Origin: Gemmatimonadales bacterium
Lineage (GTDB): Bacteria; Gemmatimonadota; Gemmatimonadetes; Gemmatimonadales; GWC2-71-9
Assembly (NCBI GenBank): GCA_039794085.1
Contig: JBDIWC010000070.1
Location: 1 to 17,292 of the forward strand
DNA length: 17,292 bases
Direction of reading: 5' to 3'
The position numbers and the translations under genes were made by a program. The notes below the pieces were generated by a model. The model saw only the letters and a program-made list of their open reading frames with translations. It did no database searches and had not been told where the DNA came from. Positions 1 to 5,463 of the stretch are shown piece by piece (the first letter of the stretch is position 1; every line of letters starts with the position of its first letter).

Positions 1-105
1 GGGGGGGGGGGGGGGATCTCCCGGGGCGGTTGGGCTGTCACCACAGGACACAGCCGTGGCCGCCAGGCCCATCGCAAGCACACTGCGCAACGACAACACC
101 CGCAT
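1..105 (-). CDS. Lipoprotein, N-terminal part only (runs off the window edge)
   Basis: Not in the ORF track. Manual translation from ATG at 105 (GGAGG RBS just upstream) gives MRVLSLRSVLAMGLAATAVSCGDSPTAPGDPPPPP: basic N-terminus, hydrophobic core, AVS-C lipobox, Pro-rich linker. The terminal G15 run reads in frame as poly-Pro. Confidence 0.75.
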   Translation of the reverse strand, partial: MRVLSLRSVLAMGLAATAVSCGDSPTAPGDPPPPP

Positions 106-174
106 CACGCCTCCATTGTCCTCGGGTCGATGGACACCATGCCCTCCTGCACCGGGCATGGCCTGGATGATTCC

Positions 175-203
175 AACGTACGACGTGACCGGAGATCTGT
201 CAA
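175..203 (-). promoter_or_regulatory. Sigma70-type promoter for the lipoprotein gene
   Basis: Minus strand TTGACA (203-198), 17 nt spacer, TACGTT (180-175), about 70 nt upstream of the ATG at 105. Confidence 0.6.
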
Positions 204-228
204 TAACGACTTCCTACACGCGGCGTGA

Positions 229-246
229 GTGTCATCCCTCTGACAC
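229..246. promoter_or_regulatory. Palindromic candidate transcription-factor site GTGTCA-N6-TGACAC
   Basis: Perfect 6-6-6 inverted repeat upstream of the predicted -35 box. Confidence 0.3.
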
Positions 247-281
247 AACCAGCCGCCTCACACGGGGCCGGTCCCGCACCC

Positions 282-680
282 CTACGGGCGGATCTCCAGG
301 ACAAGGCGTGGGGGTGTGGCGCTTTCCCGAGAGCCGAACTCCACGCGCCCGATCGAGCCTTCCTCCGACTTCTTCAGGATCCAGCCAGGATGCGAACCCG
401 CACCGAGCATGGCCTGAATGTCGGCGGTGATGTCGAAGGTGATGACGCCCCGCAGGCCATTGGTGATCAGCTTTGTGGCGGTCGGGGTGGCGATCCACGG
501 ATGGGGACCCGCCCCGCCCATCTCCCAGGCCGAGAGGGGACAGTCCGGTTTCTGGTTGCCGGGATCCAGGTCATCCCCGCAGTTCCAGGTGGCCCCCGCT
601 TCGGTCCACGCCTGGGTGAGGCGGTGCAGGTCGATGGTCCGGCCGGTGGAGCCCCAGTTGTCGGCGTTCAGGGTGATGGT
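282..680 (-). pseudogene. Out-of-frame C-terminal DNRLRE/CBM96-like domain of the 1750 gene
   Basis: The frame is open from 680 to the stop at 282: TITLNADNWGSTGRTIDLHRLTQAWTEAGATWNC...FDITADIQ...GWILKK...FGSRESATPPRLVLEIRP. These are the typical W-x-E-x2-ATWN, FD(V/I)T, GW-x-L and F-x-SRE-x4-P-x-L motifs. It continues the DTYLRSGSPNQNQG...SARLEL start in the upstream frame once 2 nt are removed at 679-682. Confidence 0.8.
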
Positions 681-1750
681 GTGAGCTCCAGCCGGGCGCT
701 CGTCACGGTCCCGCTCCCGGCCGCGGTGGCCACGGCCGCCGAGTCAAGCCGGAGGATCGGTTCGGTGCCTTGGTTTTGGTTCGGGCTGCCGGACCGGAGG
801 TAGGTATCAGTGCCCAAGGCGAGGGTCACGGTCGTGTTCCCGGCCGGCAGGAGGTCTCGGATGAACTCGGCGTTCACCGTGAGCAGCCAAAAGGCATTGT
901 CGTTCACCGGAAGCCCCGGGCCATGTGCCCCAGTGAGGCTCGCCAGGAAACGTTCCACTTCCGCCCGAGCACCGGTTGCATCGCCTTGGCTCAGGGCTTG
1001 GCGCGCCTGGTCCAGGTGGGCGGCGAGTGCGGCGCAGGTGCTTGGATCGACGATCCATCCCAGGGCGCAGCTCTGGGAGAGATCTGCCGCCACCGAATCC
1101 AGTCCCGGCCCCGGATCAGCGAGCGCTCCGGGAGGGCGGACCGGAGCGACCACCGGCACAGCCAAACCGCCGCCGGTGAAGAACCCAAATCCCTGAACAC
1201 GGTCCAAGAGCTGATAGACAGTGTCCGGTGTTTCCTCAACAGGCGTGGGGAGACCTATCGTCTCCACGCTTCCATAAGCCCTGGCCTCGGCAATCGCCGG
1301 GTGGTTCGCGGACAGAATCAGCAGGTCGCGGATCGTCTGGCCGGGCTCCAATAAGGCCTCTCGAAACACGAACTCACACGTAGTGGTGCCTGCGCGAGAA
1401 ACCACCTCTGCGCTCCACGTCGGCGGTGCTGTGACCAGAAGTGTGGGGTCAGCACCGGGGCATGGGACCGTCACACTCACCAAGGGTTGGATCGCTCCGA
1501 CGCTATTGGTCAGGACGTAGCGGTATCCGAGGGAGCCGACCTGGGGCTCAACAGCGAGAACTACGTCAGGGCGGACCTTGTCTCTCGGCTCTACTATCAC
1601 CGAATGTGCATTGCCCTCCAGATCGGTATAGGTGAGCAGATAGTTCCCAGTGGTTGCATCGCGTACAAGATTTTGCGCATCCGCAGGTCGACCACCCATG
1701 GCCATAACTACCACGGCAGCCACCGTCTTGAGGAAACGTGATGTTTGCAT
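668..1750 (-). CDS. Secreted protein: signal peptide, beta-rich N-domain, FIMAH-like helical domain, truncated DNRLRE-like domain (frameshifted; 360 aa as is, 488 aa if repaired to 282)
   Basis: Start MQTSRFLKTVAAVVVMAMGGRPADA-Q (GAGGT RBS, Sec signal with ADA cleavage site). YRYVLTNSVGAIQPL segment. Helical block LGWIVD...LAAHLDQARQAL...ARAEVERFL...AFWLLTVNAEFIRDLL at about 850-1100. The FIMAH assignment is by pattern recognition. Confidence 0.75.
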   Translation of the reverse strand: MQTSRFLKTVAAVVVMAMGGRPADAQNLVRDATTGNYLLTYTDLEGNAHSVIVEPRDKVRPDVVLAVEPQVGSLGYRYVLTNSVGAIQPLVSVTVPCPGADPTLLVTAPPTWSAEVVSRAGTTTCEFVFREALLEPGQTIRDLLILSANHPAIAEARAYGSVETIGLPTPVEETPDTVYQLLDRVQGFGFFTGGGLAVPVVAPVRPPGALADPGPGLDSVAADLSQSCALGWIVDPSTCAALAAHLDQARQALSQGDATGARAEVERFLASLTGAHGPGLPVNDNAFWLLTVNAEFIRDLLPAGNTTVTLALGTDTYLRSGSPNQNQGTEPILRLDSAAVATAAGSGTVTSARLELTPSP

Positions 1751-1752
1751 CG

Positions 1753-2067
1753 CTACCTCATCGGGGACAGGTGGAAGTGACTGGGAGCCGTTTCGGGTAC
1801 ACAGCGGATACGAGCTCTTTCGCACAGAAGCAGGAACCTGTCCCGCTGCCCACGACCCAGTGTCGTTGACCTGACATCCATGTGCTCACCATCGCGGTGG
1901 GTCCTGTGGGGGTTGCGCCACTGCGCGTCCTTCGCCACATCGAACAGCCCACCCCACTCCAGCGACGCCTCGGTGATCACGAACCGGGTATCCATGCCGC
2001 CGCCGGGCGAGGGGTTGGGAAACCGTGGTTCCGGCACCACCTCGAAATACCGCCGGAAGGCATCCCG
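1753..2067 (-). pseudogene. 5'-truncated LAS-superfamily (MepA/M15-like) Zn peptidase domain
   Basis: RDAFRRYFEVV...VITEASLEWGGLFDV...WRNPHRTHRDGEHMDVR...SHFHL. It has the H-x6-D and H-x-H zinc ligands and the MepA-like 'SL.xGG...H.sH..G...D' pattern. No signal peptide and no convincing start. The frame opens directly after the arsC TAA. Confidence 0.65.
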
Positions 2068-2547
2068 TTACGGGGGCAGGTCGGCAATTCTCTGGAGTTC
2101 CGCCTCCAACCGGCCGCGCTCCCCAACCAGCACCGCTTCGGGGAGATCCAGCATTGCCTCGATGCGGGACCTGAGAATCCGATAGGCCTCCTCGAAGGCG
2201 GCGTCGATCGTGGCATCGGTCCCGGTGGCCCGGGCCGGATCCGCCACTCCCCAGTGCGCCCTGATCGCGGGCGCCAGATACGCGGGGCATGCCTCCCCCG
2301 CCGCCGAGTCGCAGACGGTGATCACCACATCGGGGGCCTCGGGGAGGTCATCCCAGGAGGTGCTCGCGCACCCCTCGGCGGAGATCCCCTCCCGGGCCAG
2401 CAGCGCAAGCGCCCTCGGATGAACGAAGCCCACGGGGTGGCTCCCAGCACTCATCACCCGCCAGTCCGGGGGCGCAAGGTGACGGCAGGTGGCCTCCGCG
2501 AGAATCGAGCGGCAGGAGTTGCCGGTGCAGATGAAGAGGACGTTCAT
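2068..2547 (-). CDS. arsC: Arsenate reductase, LMW-PTP fold (thioredoxin-type)
   Basis: MNVLFICTGNSCRSILAEA P-loop (CX5R), SAGS, VITVCDSAAGEACP resolving cysteines, HWGVADP. True start at ATG 2547; the ORF-track extension to 2799 is translated repeat DNA. Confidence 0.9.
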   Translation of the reverse strand: MNVLFICTGNSCRSILAEATCRHLAPPDWRVMSAGSHPVGFVHPRALALLAREGISAEGCASTSWDDLPEAPDVVITVCDSAAGEACPAYLAPAIRAHWGVADPARATGTDATIDAAFEEAYRILRSRIEAMLDLPEAVLVGERGRLEAELQRIADLPP

Positions 2548-2563
2548 GGCGTGGATCCCAGGG

Positions 2564-2633
2564 CGTAGGACGGAGGACATAGGACATAGGACATAGGACA
2601 TAGGACATAGGACATAGGACACAGGACACAGAA
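2564..2633. repeat. Heptamer tandem array (CATAGGA)n
   Basis: CGTAGGA CGGAGGA (CATAGGA)x6 CACAGGA CACAGAA, ending 17 nt upstream of the arsC start. Confidence 0.95.
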
Positions 2634-2716
2634 CAACACGCTCGCCGCCCATCGTTTCCACCTCGGGCCCGGACGACGCAGGCACGTCGCCCCTATCGCC
2701 TACCGCCCCAACACCG

Positions 2717-2833
2717 CGGGTTCTGGGTATCGGGTACTGGGTAATGGGCCCACCCCCGCAGTTCCCAATACCCAATACCCAATACCCAATACCCAACACC
2801 CAACACCCAACACCCCTACCCCCTACCCCCTGC
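2717..2833. repeat. Heptamer hairpin element A
   Basis: CGGGTTC TGGGTAT CGGGTAC TGGGTAA TGGG, then a spacer, then (CCCAATA)x4 (CCCAACA)x3 (CCCCTAC)x2 CCCCTGC. The arms are approximately reverse-complementary. 2717-2775 matches 17026-17084 at 57/59. Confidence 0.9.
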
Positions 2834-4940
2834 CCCTCCCCCCCATGGCCCTCAGCGCATTGGCCACCACCAGGACCGACGCGCCGGTGTCCGCCGCCAC
2901 CGCCATCCAGAGGGTGGCCACTCCGGCCCCGGCCAGGACCAGGAAGATCCCCTTCAAACCCAGTGCCAGGATCAGGTTGGCACGCAGGATCGATCGGGTG
3001 CGGCGGGCACGACCGAGCGCCGCGGGAAGGGCGGTGAGATCCTCTCCCATGAGGGCCACATCGGCCACTTCGAGTGCCGCCGGGGTGCCGGCCACCCCCA
3101 TCGCGATGCCCACGTCGGCGGACGCGAGGGCGGGTGTGTCGTTGATCCCGTCTCCCACCACTCCGACTCGATGTCCGGCCCGCTGCAGCGCCAGTACCGC
3201 CTCCCGCTTTTCCCCCGGGAGGAGAGTGGCGTGCACTGCGTCCAGCTTCAGCGTGCGGCCCACTGACTCGGCCACCGCCCGGTTGTCGCCGGTGAGCATG
3301 GCAACCACCCCGATGCCGCGCGCCCGGAGCGCCTCGACCGCCGGGCCGGCCGACTCCCGGACGGTATCCGCGAGGGCCAGGGCGCCGATCGGGCCCTCAC
3401 GGTCCATCAGCAGCACGCCGGTCTTCCCCTCGGTGGCAAAGCGTTCCACCAGGGCGTGGGCCGCGGTGTGGCAGTTGCCGAGTTCCTCGCACACGCGCAG
3501 GTTGCCAAGGAAGAGGTCCCGTCCCTCGACATGGGCGTGGGCTCCGCTTCCCGACATCGCCGCAAACCCGGACGGTTCCGGCGGCGCGATTCCCTGCTCC
3601 AGTGCCCGGCTCACGATGGCTCGGGCCACCGGATGTTCGGAGTGCTGCTCCACGCCCGCGGCAAGCCGCAGGACTTCCGCTTCGGAGATCCCGTTCAGAG
3701 CCACGATGTCGGTCACCGCGAGGCGACCCTCGGTGAGGGTTCCGGTCTTGTCGAACACCACCGCCGTGATCTCGGCCAGGGACTCGAGCTGAGCGCCACC
3801 CTTGATGAGCACCCCATGCCGGGCGGCACCGGCCAGGCCGCTGGTGATGGTGACGGGGGTGGCAATGACGAGGGCACAGGGACAGGCCACCACGAGCAGG
3901 GTCAGTCCCCGCGTCACCCACATGTCCCACCCTGCCCCGGTAAGAAGCGGCGGAACGACGGCGACCCCAAGGGCGAGCAGGACCACCAGAGGTGTGTAGA
4001 TGGCGGCGAACCGGTCCACGAACGACTGCGAGGGAGCCCGCGAGGCCTGGGCCTCCTCGACGGCGTGGAGGATCCGCGCGAGGCTGGTGTCGTCGGCGCG
4101 GTGGGTGACCTCCACCTCGAGGCTCCCCGCCCCGTTGATCGACCCCGCGTAGACCGACATGCCGGGCTCCCGATCCACCGGTACAGATTCTCCCGTGATG
4201 GGGGACTGGTCGAGCGACGAGTTCCCGCTGAGAATCACGCCATCGAGCGGCACCCGATCACCGGGGCGGATCAGGATCTGTTCTCCGAGGCCGACTCCTT
4301 CGACCGGTACCCGGACGTCCCGTCCCTCGCGCCGGACCGTGGCCTCACTCGGGATGACCTGCATGAGCGCGGTGATCGCATGCCGGGCCCGGCCCACGGC
4401 ATACCCCTCGAGCCACTGCGCCACGCCGAAGAGCCACATGGCGGCGGCGGCCTCGCCCCACTGTCCGATGATCGCGGCCCCGATCGCGGCCACGGTCATG
4501 AGCACATGGATGTCGAGGGCGCGGCTCCGGAGGGAGCCGAGGGCGCGCGGGATCACGTACCAGGAGCTGATCAGCGTGGCCGTGGCGAGGAGCGGCACCG
4601 CGAGGGCGGGAGCCCCGCCGGTCCAGGACACGACGAGGCCCGCGCCCAGCAGGACACCACCCGCGATCGCGGCGTACAGGCGACCCTTTCCCTGCGCGGG
4701 TAAACCGTCGGGAGTGTCGATCACCTTGTAGCCGGCCCGGCGGATGGCAGCGACCACCCTGACGTTGGGTGGTGCCTCGGGACCCCCCGCCACATGGACC
4801 GTCCCCCGCATCACGTCCACCCGAACCTCACCGATCCCGGGGAGGGTGCCGAGTGCCCGTTCCACGCTGGCGGCGCAGGAGGGACAGTCCATCCCGCCCA
4901 CCCGGAATTGCCGGGGGCGGGTGGTCTCAGACCCGTTCAT
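2823..4940 (-). CDS. cadA: Heavy-metal P1B-2 ATPase (Zn/Cd/Pb efflux, ZntA/CadA type)
   Basis: GMDCPSC metal-binding domain, TGES, CPC, DKTGTLT, SEHP and GDGINDTP motifs. Lys in LALGLKG and Asp in ADTG are the P1B-2 signature. Confidence 0.93.
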   Translation of the reverse strand: MNGSETTRPRQFRVGGMDCPSCAASVERALGTLPGIGEVRVDVMRGTVHVAGGPEAPPNVRVVAAIRRAGYKVIDTPDGLPAQGKGRLYAAIAGGVLLGAGLVVSWTGGAPALAVPLLATATLISSWYVIPRALGSLRSRALDIHVLMTVAAIGAAIIGQWGEAAAAMWLFGVAQWLEGYAVGRARHAITALMQVIPSEATVRREGRDVRVPVEGVGLGEQILIRPGDRVPLDGVILSGNSSLDQSPITGESVPVDREPGMSVYAGSINGAGSLEVEVTHRADDTSLARILHAVEEAQASRAPSQSFVDRFAAIYTPLVVLLALGVAVVPPLLTGAGWDMWVTRGLTLLVVACPCALVIATPVTITSGLAGAARHGVLIKGGAQLESLAEITAVVFDKTGTLTEGRLAVTDIVALNGISEAEVLRLAAGVEQHSEHPVARAIVSRALEQGIAPPEPSGFAAMSGSGAHAHVEGRDLFLGNLRVCEELGNCHTAAHALVERFATEGKTGVLLMDREGPIGALALADTVRESAGPAVEALRARGIGVVAMLTGDNRAVAESVGRTLKLDAVHATLLPGEKREAVLALQRAGHRVGVVGDGINDTPALASADVGIAMGVAGTPAALEVADVALMGEDLTALPAALGRARRTRSILRANLILALGLKGIFLVLAGAGVATLWMAVAADTGASVLVVANALRAMGGRGRG

Positions 4941-5310
4941 CGACGTGCTCGAAGCCGTCGGCCACGAGGTGGGAGATGTGGTCGTCGTCGAGGCGGTAGT
5001 ACGCGGTCTTGTTCTCCCGGCGATAGCGGACGAGGCGAAGCTGTCGGAGGGCGCGGAGGGAGTGGGAGACGGCGGACGGGGACATGCCGAGCGCGGCGGC
5101 GAGGTCGCAGACGCAGAGCTCGGCGCGAGAGAGGGCCCACACGATGCGGAGGCGGTTGGGGTCGCCGAGGGTCCGGAAGGTCTCGGCGAGGAGCATGACG
5201 GACTCGGCGGGTTTCATGTCGCGGCGAGTCTGCTCGACGTTCCGCTGATTGACGAGGCGGACGTCGCAGAGGTCGGAAAACTCGGGACGGGCGGTTGTTC
5301 TGGGTGACAT
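4927..5310 (-). CDS. ArsR/SmtB family metal-sensing repressor (SmtB/ZiaR/CadC-like)
   Basis: LAETFRTLGDPNRLRI, ELCVCDL (alpha3 site), SAVSHSLRALR HTH, DDHISHLVADGFEHVDE (alpha5 D-x-H-x10-H-x2-E). Start at ATG 5310 with GAGG RBS. Overlaps the ATPase start by 14 nt. Confidence 0.93.
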   Translation of the reverse strand: MSPRTTARPEFSDLCDVRLVNQRNVEQTRRDMKPAESVMLLAETFRTLGDPNRLRIVWALSRAELCVCDLAAALGMSPSAVSHSLRALRQLRLVRYRRENKTAYYRLDDDHISHLVADGFEHVDERV

Positions 5311-5317
5311 GGCAGCC

Positions 5318-5366
5318 TCACATGAACGACTGTTCATATGATATACCGCGCATGGGTCGGGCGCAA
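5318..5366 (-). promoter_or_regulatory. Promoter and SmtB/CzrA-type operator of the arsR-cadA operon
   Basis: Minus strand TTGCGC (5366-5361), 17 nt, TATCAT (5343-5338). Overlapping imperfect palindrome TCACATGAAC-GACT-GTTCATATGA (5318-5341) with the TGAAC..GTTCA core of SmtB/CzrA operators. Confidence 0.85.
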
Positions 5367-5380
5367 GGCGGGGGGGGGTG

Positions 5381-5460
5381 GGGATTGGGTGTTGGGTGTT
5401 GGGTGTTGGGTATCTACCCACTACCCAACACCCAACACCCAATACCCGCCTACCACCTGC
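5381..5460. repeat. Heptamer hairpin element B (possible terminator or stabiliser after kup)
   Basis: GGGTGTTGGGTGTTGGGTGTTGGGTA (5387-5412), 9 nt loop, TACCCAACACCCAACACCCAATACCC (5422-5447): 25/26 inverted repeat. Degenerate 7-mers continue up to the kup stop. Confidence 0.9.
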
Positions 5461-5463
5461 TGT

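Noticed and set aside
1..15. Terminal G15 run as a pure sequencing artefact or phase-variable tract
   Set aside because: It reads in frame as poly-Pro after a lipoprotein signal. Its true length cannot be judged at the window edge, so no claim is made.
668..690. Programmed ribosomal frameshift
   Set aside because: No slippery heptamer or homopolymer. A simple AC duplication plus a second probable lesion indicates decay or an assembly error.
2068..2070. Programmed stop read-through producing an ArsC-peptidase fusion
   Set aside because: The stop is TAA (not a Sec or Pyl codon), ArsC is complete at this point, and the fusion has no functional rationale. A recombination junction is simpler.
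2548..2799. N-terminal extension of ArsC and ORFs with MSYVLCP / PIPNTQY repeats (also 5295-5626 and 16842-17272)
   Set aside because: These are translations of 7-nt DNA repeats, which give the same 7-aa repeat in all frames; not credible proteins.
2564..2833. CRISPR array or integron attC sites
   Set aside because: Units are contiguous 7-mers without unique spacers. There are no cas or intI genes and no RYYYAAC/GTTRRRY box arrangement.
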